From: Mizuhopecten yessoensis
Lineage: Eukaryota
Length of the DNA stretch: 64,000 nt
Direction of reading: 5' to 3'
NCBI RefSeq assembly: GCF_002113885.1
Contig: NW_018406762.1
Coordinates: 1,328,834 to 1,392,833 of the forward strand
Positions 1 through 12,761 of the stretch are shown here, piece by piece. The notes beneath the pieces are model-generated. The model had not been told where the DNA came from and made no database searches. It saw only the letters and a program-made list of their open reading frames with translations. A program made the translations under genes and the position numbers. Positions within the stretch are counted from its first letter, which is position 1. Each line of letters starts with the position of its first letter.

Positions 1-264
1 TGAGCAGAACATATCACACAGTTTACCGGGATGTAGTTTACATACCTCTGGCACAGGCTTGTCACCCTTACGGTTAGCCTTCCCTATCGACACGACGTCA
101 TCGTTTTTAGTTTTTCTTCCGCGTGTATGGGTTTCCTTACACCGGTCACATAAATTCTCCTGACAATCGTTACAGTACCATCTTACCCCGTCTTCACTGT
201 CACACAAAGCACATGTGTAAGTAACGGGTTCTTGGGCACGCCGTACGGATCTGTTACTTGCCAT
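1..264 (-). CDS. TRIM-like B-box gene, copy 1 (5' part only; continues beyond the window edge)
   Basis: Manual translation from ATG at 264 gives MASNRSVRRAQEPVTYTCALCDSEDGVRWYCNDCQENLCDRCKETHTRG...PEVCKLHPGKLCDMFCS, open for 88 codons and nearly identical to the N-terminus of copy 3. Confidence 0.85.
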   Translation of the reverse strand, partial: MASNRSVRRAQEPVTYTCALCDSEDGVRWYCNDCQENLCDRCKETHTRGRKTKNDDVVSIGKANRKGDKPVPEVCKLHPGKLCDMFCS

Positions 265-329
265 GGTGTTGGTACTTAACACACAAACAGTGAAATACTA
301 CCATTTGTTTCTGGGTCGGTACAACTATA

Positions 330-370
330 ACTATACACTTCCTTGTTACGGTTATACCACGTGACTTGAC
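330..370 (-). promoter_or_regulatory. Putative core promoter module of copy 1 (ETS-like AGGAAGTG and E-box CACGTG)
   Basis: CACTTCCT at 336-343 and CACGTGAC at 358-365, same spacing as upstream of copies 3-6. Confidence 0.5.
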
Positions 371-1569
371 CGACAGACAGTATAATGTCCCGGACTCCTG
401 GCGCTAGGCCAAAATAATCTAACTTAAAGGCAGATCTTGCTATCATACGTTACCATCATTACATGTGTGTATTAGACATACATTTAAGTTGTGATTTGTT
501 CTTGAACTGTGTCCCTTCGACCAAACATTTAGACTTTCAAAAGAAAACGACTAGTGCTGAATACATATGATGAAGAAGCTGTATGAGGCAATAATCTTTT
601 TGGCAAATTTTATGCATTACTTAATGTTAAAGGTGTATCACATTTATTTGTGTTACGTTCATCTCATGTATATTACATATAACGAGCTGGTCGCCGCCAA
701 ACTAGCCCGGTAACAGTACAGAAGTGGCACGAAATTCCCGTTAACGTCATTTGACGTCACAAAACAGTTTATGCACAGGGGTTCGTCACAAATGTCTAAA
801 ATTAACAAATGATTTACTGTTGAATCAAAGCACATCAAGGCACAACTAATTAATTATCTTAGTTTGATGTGACTCATAGCAGTGTAGCCAATGTTTATTT
901 CAGACATATGTCACAACCCCTGTACAATGATACAGATGCTTGTTAATTTTAACTTTCTGCCCCACTTTTCACTTAAGATCCACGATATCACACAGTTGTG
1001 ATGACTTATGTTCATCTACTAAGTTTCGGAAAGCGTAAATACTACTGCATTATTATTTATACTATATATACCCTGTTTGAACAAAGAACATTTCTAACCC
1101 CCTAAAATAAAGAATCGTTACTGTAAAGTTGACACTTGAGTGTTTTGAATTGTTTTCAACCCCACTACAACATCTGTTTGTTATACATATGTATATTCGA
1201 GTTTTCGTGTAATGACTGTTACTTGTGACTCAATAATATTTGTGTATTTTACTTTTTTAATATACATAATGTCAATATGAAAATTGTTGATGGGTTTTGT
1301 ATATTTCGACCCATGATAAATATGACTCGACTTTATAAAGAAAACGTACCGCCTCGGTCGGAGAAGCACACTCACAAAACAGTGTGGTAGCTGTGGACGC
1401 TTACTCTGTCAGAGATGACAGGGGACTACACATATGATCCCTTCCTCCATGATGCCAGGAGCGGATAGTCAGGATACTTGATGTTTTTCATTATGCTATA
1501 AAACGTTATTCATATTACAATAAGTATAAAACAATTAATTGAAACTCATATTTTACTATCTTTTTGGAC

Positions 1570-1665
1570 CTGATGTAAGCGCGCAGGGGTCTCAATTTGG
1601 GAGGAAACTAGAGTGCTTTTATTAAAAAAGAAGAATGTATAATCCACTGCACCCCCGACCACCCG
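1570..1665 (-). mobile_element. Internally deleted V-SINE copy
   Basis: Homologous to the fuller SINE copies at 18865, 29303, 35387 and 58714 (aatttgggaggaaact...ccactgcacc.cccgaccaccc). Confidence 0.5.
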
Positions 1666-1762
1666 ATGTTTGCATGCTTTAAGGAGTTAGGGCGAACGTC
1701 ATATACAAACATGATATGTGATCACCATGGTATGCACACCAATACCTCTGTTTCAATTTTGA

Positions 1763-1890
1763 AAATAGGAAGGATGTCATAATCAGTAGATACATAGCCC
1801 TAGCTATTAACATTATTGGTACAGGTAAATAGGAAGGATGTAATAGTCAGTAGTTACATAGCCCTACCTATTGATGTTATTGGTTCAGGT
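1763..1890. repeat. Two copies of the 64-bp spacer repeat
   Basis: aaataggaaggatgt.atagtcagtag.tacatagccc...ttattggt.cagg occurs twice; same motif is expanded at 58964-59723. Confidence 0.7.
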
Positions 1891-2168
1891 ACCGTCGTGA
1901 CAATCGATCCACACGTGTCCACACCCACTCTTTCAGGGGTAACCAATCCCTGTCTCTGGTAAAGGACATACACCTGGTTGTTCCTCAGCTCTCGTACACA
2001 GACTCTGTCGTACTTGTCAGATGATATTTTATGGCTACTCCTACTACGAACCTTTTGGCGATTGTTGAGTCCACCAATTGATTTATATTTAGTTATACTT
2101 GAACTGTGAACTATGATTGATATATTATACCATGCCGACATTGCAACCACTCCTGACGATAAACATGC
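1888..2168 (-). pseudogene. 3'-end remnant of TRIM-NHL gene (R1)
   Basis: ORF 1854-2249 contains KYKSIGGLNNRQKVRSR...DKYDRVCV...NNQVYVL...VGVDTCG, a decayed match to the last propeller blades of the full genes. Confidence 0.8.
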
Positions 2169-3199
2169 AGCAAAATACACATTTGTTTTAAACGAAAAGT
2201 TCGAATAGGTACCATTTATTTGTATTGTAAAAGTAAAATGCCACATCAAACAAAATAAAAGTACTCCATTTTAGGTTTCCTCACACAACTTAAACAAATG
2301 TAACTATAGGTAATTTGGTGTATTTTGGAATCAAACAATAAACAACGACAATACGTTATATGTTTAGCAAGTGTTCTATTTAAAACGTATTTACATCACA
2401 TCGTACATTTATATCAATAAAATAGCATGATAGTTTAATCGCGTTTTTAAACTAAACCAAGGAAATAATTACATGTAACCTTAGTTAGTTTATTTAATGG
2501 GCAAGACAAACGTTTCAATACATGCTTGCTCATTCAAGTGTGAACTCGTCATACATCTAGCATGTAAAAGTGCGTTCAACATGTACCTTTAATAGTTTAT
2601 ATTTCACAACTGTGTATTCTGGCTTCCTTTAAAAAAAATCGGTATTACTATGGTGCTGTAGGGATATCTTTGTCAATCTGTACAATAGAGTACAAAAACA
2701 GCTCTAGCATGTCACCGTGAACACTGTTCTTATGACAAAACTATCCTTTTTGGTCGCAGCTATGGATAATTTGTAGGTCTAAAACAGGGAAGCATAGAGC
2801 TCCCCAAAGGGTTAAATAAATATCCGACTATTTAGTTAACCGGATAACAGTTGACAACCTAAACTAAAAACAACGTCGTTTTCGTCCATATGTCGGCATC
2901 ACGTCTGTCCGCTTGTCTGTAATGTCTGCTTTTGACAGATCGCCTTGATATGTGATTTAGTACGACCCTGCTTGATGGCATTTAAAATCTCTACATAAAG
3001 TCGGATATATAAGTATTTCATGGGTGTCTTAATTACGCAAAACATATGTGATGAACAAAACAGCATCTTATTCATTTCTCATCAAGAATTTAGAGCACCA
3101 AATTGATTGTAAATCTGATTTGACTTTTTAAAAACACATTTTATTGTTAATGAGTATACATCAAAGACTGGACATAAGTTATTGTAACCTACAAAACTT

Positions 3200-3335
3200 C
3201 CCTCTTATAACAGTAACACAACAGTGTTTGATACCAGTCATTCCCCTCTTATTTCAGTTACAGAACCGGGTTTGTTACCAGTCATTTATTCTCCTCTTAT
3301 TCCAGTTACACAACCGGGTTTGATACCAGTCATTT
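3200..3335. repeat. Three copies of a ~45-bp motif
   Basis: cctcttat..cagttacacaaccgggtttgataccagtcatt x3; single copy in other units (about 23943, 39183, 49890). Confidence 0.7.
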
Positions 3336-4467
3336 AAGAATTAATTACAACGCAGTCGAATAAAAGGTTGGAAAATTGAATGGCTGGAGTTATTTGTTGT
3401 CGTTACATTTTCGTCCCCTTTAAATCTAAATATAATTACACAACACGAAGTGGTAGTACACCATGCCAGGGTTGTTGGTATGCGTAAAAATGATTAAGCA
3501 TAAAGGAAGTCAAAAAGATATATATTTACCTTTCTATCGAAATGTTATTTTCAGTTGATTTTCAAATAATTTTATAAAAAGTTCACTTTGTTGGATTTGG
3601 ATTTTTGACAACAAGTCATTTATGTGAACGGTTTCCTCCCTAACAATATGGCATTGATATTCCAGGGGGTTCGTTCACTGAAATATGTCATGACAAAATT
3701 AAAGTCTCTGCTATTTTCTAAATGATACAAGTACGCTAGTCAATCAAACAGCTACATTTGTGCCTTATATTTCACCATGATATTTCCATGGTTGATAAAC
3801 GGTATAAACAGTTATGATCCCAAAGAACCTTCCACTAAGTTTGTTTGACTTGAAGTAATATCCGTTATATATAGAAGATGGACCAAGCAGATGGATTTTG
3901 TAGCCCAGAGTTACTTCCCCTGTCTACCTTTGAACCGTTTAGTGCTCTCTTCATTTTCATAGACTTTGTGGCCCTTAAATTGGATTCTAACTTCGGAGCT
4001 ATTCTTTAGACGAAAGTATTGGCGTAGGCTTGGCAGTATAATAGTCATGAGTTCGAATTCTGCAGTACTTCTGTTCCCCCTTTTCATTCCGATTTTCAAA
4101 ACACTCAATTTTCACACAACTATAGTTCTGTAAAATGCATCATCACATATATTTTTAATAAATACTTCTTTAAAAATAAATATTCACAACATTATCAGCG
4201 GAAATAATGGAATTTAACTCATTGGTACCCTTTCTTTTTAATGAATTGCAAAGAAAACAAAGACCTAATACCTATACAAATACTTTATTTAGAGCTTCAC
4301 AGTTTAGTTAGTTTTATACATGAACAGAGAATAAGAAAAGTATATACAAATCTAAATCCATTGAACACCTTGTATTTAGATGTTTGTATTGTTTGGAAAC
4401 GAACTTTTCGAGTAAAAAAACCGTAATGAAGATGTTTTATATAGCACGTTCTTAAATATTGACAAAG

Positions 4468-4500
<33 letters not shown>

Positions 4501-4501
4501 G
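4468..4501. repeat. (GTCT)n microsatellite in the 3' flank of copy 2
   Basis: Direct reading of sequence. Confidence 0.9.
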
Positions 4502-4977
4502 ATTCTTTTCTCTCTAACTATCTCTTCATATATGCCTATAATTAATTACGTGTCGCAAAAATGTTTTAAACAAACATTTCATCATTATGACAATCATAAT
4601 AAGATATTTTAACATTATGGTACTCGATCTTTACCTTAAGATGACATGAAATATTTCAAAATAAATCTTTATTAACTGAGTAAATAAAAACAATACCTAA
4701 TCCCACATATAGATAAAACAAAACCCTCAGCGCAGCTCACTATCATTGATTGATCAGTTCCATGCTCAGGCATTGTCGGTTCAAAATCCTTATATAACTT
4801 TAAAATGTTTTTCAAATATGTCATTTACACCAATTGATCAATTGTTCGAATTATTCTAAAATATGAATCGATATTTGAGGGTATTTTTCAGACATTGATG
4901 AATTGTTTGTGATGATATTTACATAATGCAGTATTGTACCACGAGGTCAAATGTTCACCATGTACTATATCCTCATG

Positions 4978-6002
4978 TTACAGTCGGATCACGTGTACGG
5001 TACCGTCCACACATCCGATCCACACTTTCCCACATGTGTCCACACCCACCGATGTAGGTTTGGTCACTCCACGTTTCTGATCCAGGAGACACGAGGCCTG
5101 TGTACTATCTCTCGGTAGGACATACATCTGACTGTTAGTGACATTTGGTACAAACAGTCTGTCGTACTTGTCACGTGGCATCGTACATATGTCCCTACTA
5201 CCAACTTTTTGACCGTTGTTGAGTTCACCAGTCCATTTATATTTGGTTGTACCAGAACTGTCTGGTACGATTGATACATTATTTAAGTCCGACACTGCAA
5301 TGTCTCCTGACGACAAACATGTAATACACCGCCCATCCATTCCACACGGTACCTTCCTCACAATCGTACCTGCATGATTCAGTACCACTATGTCTGGTGT
5401 GTTTGTACTAACTAACACCTCATCCTTCTCGTTGATACTGATGTCGTATGCTCTATGTGGTCTGATGTCAGCAAATGTTGTCACTTGTTTGTTAGGTAGT
5501 GATAGTTTATATACAAATGTATTTACTGGGTTACTGGTCATAAGTATGTCTGTTGTCTCGACCATGGTGATTCTGTGCGGACAAAAGTCAAGTTTTACTG
5601 CCTCTTTGACCACACCCTCCCTGTTGATCAGTACCAGACCCTGGTATTCGTGTATTGATAACCACGCGTGACTGTCGTCGACTTGACTTATATCCAATAT
5701 TTGATTTTGTTGCGAAACAGTAAACTTAGAGAGACGCTGAACGTGTTTACTGTCGATGTCTGTCTTCTCGTACTGGTCCCCGTGGTGTAATTCACCTAAC
5801 ATTTTCGTCAACAGGATGCGGTTGATATTTCCGAGAACAAAGCTTGGTTGTTTTGGTGAGACATGTTTCACCTTAACGTCATACAGAGGCAGAGTTGTCC
5901 TCAATAATATTTCCGTTTCAAATATGGATACACTAGATGTATCTGTCAGTTCCGCCTTTTTAAGCAGACGCGTCAGCTCTTCGACATTTTTGTTCAATCA
6001 CC
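4978..6002 (-). pseudogene. TRIM-NHL copy 2, 5'-truncated: end of coiled coil plus complete propeller, no B-boxes, no start ATG
   Basis: 339-codon open frame KNVEELTRLL...VWIGCVDGTVHVIRL matches the C-terminal two-thirds of copy 3; homology stops at about 6002 and unrelated DNA follows to about 9040. Confidence 0.85.
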
Positions 6003-8443
6003 TTGAAAAAGGAGTTTATGATATTTCCAAATGTGTAGCATACTTACGGAAGCAGTTGATTGTGACCACCGTCCTGCTTGTCTTGATCATTCTTGTAAAA
6101 GGGAGTAGGTGTCATTCACAGTCATAGCACTCTCTTTATTTTCAAATTGAAAATTTCATTCCCGAAGGTAAATGTGACACCTTACCTTTGTGTGGTAACC
6201 TCAATGTCCAAACTCATTTGAGCCCCGGACACCAGTTCCATTAATCTGTCATCATAGTCCAATTCTCTTCCATCTACTCGTAGAACAATGGCCCCATCAC
6301 CAGGCGAACCAAAATTGTATTGCCTAACGAACACCACCAACACCTAGTTTCATCAAAAGTAAACAACTCAGAAAGGAAGTTTAATCAAATAACTACGATG
6401 CAACGGATTTTACACTGGTCCTTTGATAAAAACTCACTCCCAAATTAGAACAGTAATGTTGAAGATGAGTTGATGGACTATAGCTCTTTCATCACCAGCA
6501 ATGCCATTTTTGATCATTTACACTTCATTTCTAGCTTAGATCCCTCTCATTGCAGATGAGACAGCCAAGGTCAACACTGTTACTGTACTGCTGGTACTCC
6601 GAGAACAAAATTCAAAAGCATTCTTAGCTTGCGAATAAGTTTGTCTTACATTTATGAGTTTTAAATACGATTTTGAAATTCAACTTCTTATAAAAACATA
6701 TAAAAGATTAGTTGGATTTGCGAGTGGTGATAAATAACAACCATTTATTACCGTTATGAAAATTCGTAAATTGCTTGATGCTTTCAGATCTATACAGTGA
6801 GTCCACGTTATGTTGAAGGTGGATGTTCGGTGTAAGTTATACTTAGTATAAGGGATACGGAACTATAAGATAACCTTGGCTATTTTCCGAATTGTTAAAA
6901 TCATGAACCATCCCTATTTGTGAGGCGTCGACCTTATATATACGCGAATACATAACTATACTTTAATTACACCGACATAATGATTGCTTGTCTCTGTAAC
7001 AAATATGTGGAAATTGGCAACTCTGTAAGACACAACTTTTGTTTTGGTTACTCGAATTTTTAGGAGGAGGAGAGAATGGATTACTATTCGTTGTGATTGA
7101 TCCGGTGAAACAACCGAAGACTGTAATATAGAACATATCTGTCAGTGGCGAAATGATATCAGAGATGTATGGTTTGGGTGTTTGACCGGGGTAATTGTCT
7201 GATAAATTTCTGGTGGCTAATAAAAGTTCTGCCCCAAAATTGTATCAAAGATACACGATTTCTATATTTATAATATGGAGTTGATATTTATATGATATAA
7301 TATATTTACTTAATAACCTGATTTATCACACACCTGTTGAATATAACGAAAGGGATAAAGGCGATTGTCAGCCCATGAAATACAAGATCTTGTACTGAAC
7401 ACTCTTTCAATACAGATGTTGCACTACCCTAGCAGTCGAGGTTTTTTTAGTTTTTTTTTATAGGTAATACTAATTTTAATTTTCCATGACCCGGGTTTCA
7501 ACAATCGTACAAGTATAGTGTCCTAGCACAATAGGATTCTCATTCAATGTACATTTTCTCCATTCTATCATACATACATACACTCACACATGTATTCACA
7601 TTTTTACACGCACACATACATGCATAAATGTATATTCACATGAATACATGTATATCAATGTATTCCTACAATTTCTACATCGTTCTAACATTTTACATCG
7701 ATACGTAGCGGTACATGCAAATGCTACTTACATTCCTTTCGTCCTTGATCTTTTTCTTCTTTTCAACTTTAAACAGTCACTCGTACATACATTCTTCTCT
7801 ACTTATTTCCGTAAGCATAGATACTTGAATATAAATGCATGAAGCTATTCATTTCCTCCTTTTAATCCTTTTCTTACTGACTATGCAACTTCTTCATAAA
7901 TCATTTAGTCATTATAATTAAATATAGTTTTTTTTTTATAGATAACAAGGACAAGGTCAGTTTATTAGTTAATTATCACACATTAATAGCCTGATCAATT
8001 GTATTCATCTTTTTACTGTATAAAACTAAGACGAACTGTAAACACATTATTATATACCACGGACATACGTCTAATTACTATAATGTAATACATAAAAAAT
8101 TCACACGTACCAAACATTAATACAGTATGATATGGATAAAGTGTACGCTTCCGGTTGTTACCAACTCAATTATACATCCAATGTTTTTATCCCGGTTCAG
8201 TAGAACACATGGTTTTTGTAAGTAAAAAATCATAATTCTTGTAAAAGTGTTCGATGTGTTGTCTTAACGTTCCAAGTTTTGATTATCTGACAAGCAACAA
8301 CACAGGTAAAGTGAGCGTCAGCCTCTCAATTCGGAGTCCCATATTACAAAAAGTTGTCAACCCCCCCAACCCCCCTCCTTTCCTGCACTTATACCCTAAA
8401 ATATGTTTATGGAAATGGTTCTATTTTATTGCTTTCATGTAAA

Positions 8444-9017
8444 AGGGGCTGGTCGGGGAAAAAAATTCCAAAATAAAATAAATGGGTCTAAATGCGTTCT
8501 CTGGCCTTCCAAATGTTATACCACGGCAATATGATGGTCGATATCTGCTTGCAATGTCCAGTTGTTGGCAGTGAAGATAACAACAATAGCACGCCGTCTA
8601 TCAGGCATGTCGGACTCAACTAGCGGACAAGACAGCAATACTATACGTAAATATTTGTTTTCAAAAGTCATGTATGATGCAAGTGTAGTATTCCTACCTA
8701 TATGTTGTTGTTATATATAACGGTATTGATACCTCGTGCCTGTCATGACTTTTGCATGCATCTTTTTCTATCGCCGCGATGTTTACATTTGGCCTTGTTG
8801 ATGACGCGCATGCGGTAAAATTATATCACTGATCATGGTCAATTGAGAGTTTTAGACTGTCAGGTAACGATTTAGGATTTCTTTAATATAATTATAATTT
8901 TTGCTCTTAGGGAGTGAATTTCAGCAAAATTTGAATCGGTATATTTCATAAGAAGGTATTTTAAACATGTGTATGCCATTTTAGCAAATATGACATTTTT
9001 TCCCCCGACCAACCCCT
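8444..9017. mobile_element. Non-autonomous TIR DNA transposon, Kolobok-like
   Basis: Left end AGGGGCTGGTCGGGGAAAAAA and right end TTTTTTCCCCCGACCAACCCCT are inverted repeats; flanked by TAAA and TTAA; AG...CT termini with TTAA target fit Kolobok. Confidence 0.75.
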
Positions 9018-10069
9018 TTAAGTCAAACAAGTAAAGAGGTGTTTATTCGGTCAATTTTGTAATCAAACAATAAACAACGACAATACGTTATATGTTTAGC
9101 AAGTGCCCCATTTTAAACGTATATCAATTAGCATGATAGCTTACTCGCGTATTTAAGCTTAACCCAGGAAGTAGTTAAATGTAACCTCAGTAAGTATATT
9201 TAATGGGCAAGACATGTCGGAATACAGTAAGGCGGGATTCAATTACAGTTATCAGTACTCGAAATCATATGTGATAGTATCGTTCTTTATAACAAAGTTT
9301 GATCGACTAACGTTTTATTACATGCTTGCTCAATCAATAGTGTACTCTTCATATCATCTTTATATCTCGCATGTAAACGCTTTGTATTCTGGCTTCCTTT
9401 TAAAATCGGTCCTGTTTTTCTATGGCGCTGGCGTTTTCTCTTTGTCAATCTTTACAATAGAGTACAAAAACAACACTAACATGTCAGTCTGAACACCTTT
9501 TTTATTACAAAACTATCCAATTTTGGTAGCAGCTAAAGATATTTTGTTGGCGTAAGCCGGAGAAACATGAGGCTCCCTAAAGGGGTAAATAAATGCCCGA
9601 ACATTCTACAATTGAAAATGTTCGTGGTCTACCGACAAAGTAACCGTTTTATCAGCTAAGCATCGACAACACTAACTAAAATGCAATGTCATTTTCTTCC
9701 ATATGTCCATCAAGTCAGTCCGCTTGTCTGTAATGTCTGTTTTGTGAAAGATCTCATTTATTTGTTATTTAGTACGGCTTTGTTTGATGGTATTAAAGAT
9801 ATCTACATGAACATGGCCTTCGCCTTGTAATTATATAAACAGATTCGTTATTTTTTTCATGGGAGTCTTAACTACACAATAACTATTTTTATGAATACAT
9901 CAATAATAAGATTCATTTCTCTTGGAAAGCATCGACTTGATTTTAACAAATTTAACTGCTACAAATTATACAACAAAGGCTGGACACAAGTTAAAGTAAC
10001 CTCAAAATCTCTTCTCCTATTCTTCATTTATATGTAGAAAGGATAGAACACCATTTAAGTCAAAAAATG

Positions 10070-10101
<32 letters not shown>

Positions 10102-11215
10102 ATTAGTCTGAGCCTTTGATATACATCAAAATGGTCATGCGGCAACGTAACGGGAAAATTGAGACAAATCCAACAGCTACCTTCGTGCTTTAAATTCCAC
10201 TATGACATATTCCACGGCTGCAGAGATCGTAAGTGAGCGTAACTCCAAGAGTATCGAGGGGGCCTCCCAAAAGACAAGGTATGATGATGTTTCGACTTTT
10301 AAACTGGAAAGCTCGTGCTCACACTTTTAATTTCGTTGGCTAGTTATTATTGGTTCGCTTTCCGAGACGATAGATAGTTTACATAGGACGTCCACATACC
10401 AAAGGCGTAAACAATTCTATTACAAATATTGACAAAAAGGCGGGAAATTAAATACTCATGACTTAATTTCTAGTTTTTCGTGTAGTTTCTTGTCTGTCTA
10501 ATCCGTCAGTAAACTAACAAGAATGTTGATTATAAGTTCTTTCCTCAATTGTTTCAGATCACGGAAGTTTCGCTTATTAAATAATCGCTTTAGATGCATA
10601 ATCAGTCCTGCGACCAGGATACAAACCAGCTGCGACTGAAAAATGTTGGAATCGCAGACAAATCGTAGAACGATCGTGCGTTCTATGACACTAAAATAGA
10701 AAAAAAGACAATAACATTTGTTTTGAAATTCACTTCAACTAAGAGAATTTGTGATGCATCACATCATTGCCCCCCCCCCCCCCCCCCACACACACACACT
10801 TTCCATCAAATATTGAAGCAGCTTAGGACAGAAGATGGCGCATTGATACACATGTGCGATATTTAGTGGATTTCACAAATACCACAATGACATTCTCGAA
10901 AAGAGTATATATTCAAGTAGGAAGCATTATGTTTTGAATAATCAGGACAGGAGAGGAAAAGAAAATAAAATAAAATAAAAATAAAATTAGGCAAAAAGAA
11001 CACTGATATACGAACTGAACATTTTGATTGATTGATTGATTGATTGATAGGTTTAACGAGTAGTTCGGTTATCCAGCAGAGGAAGAAAAGAAAGGAAAAT
11101 GAGTAAAAGGGATAAAGTATGGAGTGAAGGGATAGAAGAGAAGGGCAGATAATAAAATCTGAAACATTAAGAAAAACCTTTATATAGAGTGCAGATGAAG
11201 CAAGCAGATTGATTT

Positions 11216-11928
11216 TAGTTACTTCCCTGTCTACGTAGGAATCTCTTATTTTATAGCTTCGAGTTACTTCTCTGTCTGCGTAGGAATCTCCTATTTTATA
11301 GCTGCGAGTTACTTCTCTGTCTACGTAGTAATCTCCTATTTTTTAGCTTCGTGTTACTTCTCTGTCTACGTAGGAGTCTCCTATTTTATAGCTTCGAGTT
11401 CCTTCTCTGTCTACGTAGGAATCTCTTACTTTATAGCGTCATATTACTTCCCTGTCTATGTAGGAATCTCTTATTTTATAGCTTCGAGGTACTTCTCTGT
11501 GTACGTAGGAATCTCCTATTTTATAGCTTCGAGTTCCTTCTCTGTCTACGTAGGAATCTCTTATTTTATAGCTTCGAGGTACTTCTCTGTGTACGTAGGA
11601 ATCTCCTATTTTATAGCTTCGAGTTGCTTCTCTGTCTACGTAGGAATCTCCTATTTTATAGCTTCGAGTTACTTCCCTGTCTACGTAGGAATCTCCTATT
11701 TAATAGCTTCGAGTTACTTCTCTGTCTACGTAGGAATCTCTTATTTTATAGCGTCATATTACTTCCCTGTCTACGTAGGAATCTCTTATTTTATAGCGTC
11801 ATATAACTTCCCTGTCTACGTAGGAATCTCTTATTTTATAGCGTCATATTACTTCTCTGTCTACGTAGGAATCTCTTATTTTATAGCTTCGAGTTACTTC
11901 CCTGTCTACGTAGGAATCTCTTATTTTC
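11216..11928. repeat. 45-bp minisatellite, about 16 copies
   Basis: Unit tagcttcgagttacttctctgtctacgtaggaatctcttatttta; overlapping ORFs show the 15-aa period. Confidence 0.95.
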
Positions 11929-12100
11929 ATAGACTTTTCGTCCCTTAAATTGGACTCCAATTTCGGTGCTAATTTCTTGGATGGAAATGAAAGCAAACAT
12001 TTACAACAGTAATAGTGGTGATAATGGAATTTAACTAATTGCTACCCTAAAATAAATAACAAACAATACAAAGACACAGCAGTAATACAAATAAAAAGAC

Positions 12101-12106
12101 TTTATT
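12101..12106 (-). terminator. Putative polyadenylation signal AATAAA of copy 3
   Basis: ctttatttagag is conserved about 600-700 bp past the stop of copies 2-5 (near 4283, 12101, 24857, 40090) and at 51587 for copy 6; followed on the minus strand by a GT-rich tract gctgtgtctttgtattgttt. Confidence 0.45.
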
Positions 12107-12761
12107 TAGAGTTTCAACTTTAATTGTGTTTTCTACATGAATAGAAAAAAAGAAATAATGTACAGTGTACAAACATAATACCGTTTAATAGTATGTAACT
12201 GGATATTTGTATTATTTGGAAACGAACTTTTCGAGTTACAAAACTTAATGCAGATAATTTCATGCAGCACACTCTTAAATATTGATAAAGTGTTTTTCTG
12301 TCTGATTCTTTCTCTCTCCCCCTTCTCTCTAACTACCTCTTCATCTGTGCATATAATTAATTACGTGGCGCAAAAATGTCTTCAAGAAATATTTCATCCT
12401 TGTACAAATTGTAATAATATATTTTAACTTGATGGTACTGGATCTTTACCTTAAGATGACATGAAATATTTCAAAATAAATCCTTGAAAACTAAATAAAT
12501 AAAACGAAACCTTCAGTGCAGCTCACTAGTTAATTCGTCGATCAGTTTCATGCTCAGGCAATGTCGGTTAAAAAACCTTATGACTTTAAAATGTTTTTCA
12601 CATGTCATTTACACCAATTGATCAATCGTTCGAATGTCTCTACAATATAAATCAATATTTGAGGGTATTTATCAGACATTGATGAATTGTTTGTGATGAT
12701 ATTTACATAATGTAGTATTGTACCACGAGGTCAAATGTTCACCATGTACTATATCCTCGTG

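Noticed and set aside
11351-11948. ORFs of 151 and 149 aa with 15-aa periodicity
   Set aside because: They are translations of the 45-bp minisatellite, open in several frames and absent where the repeat is not expanded.
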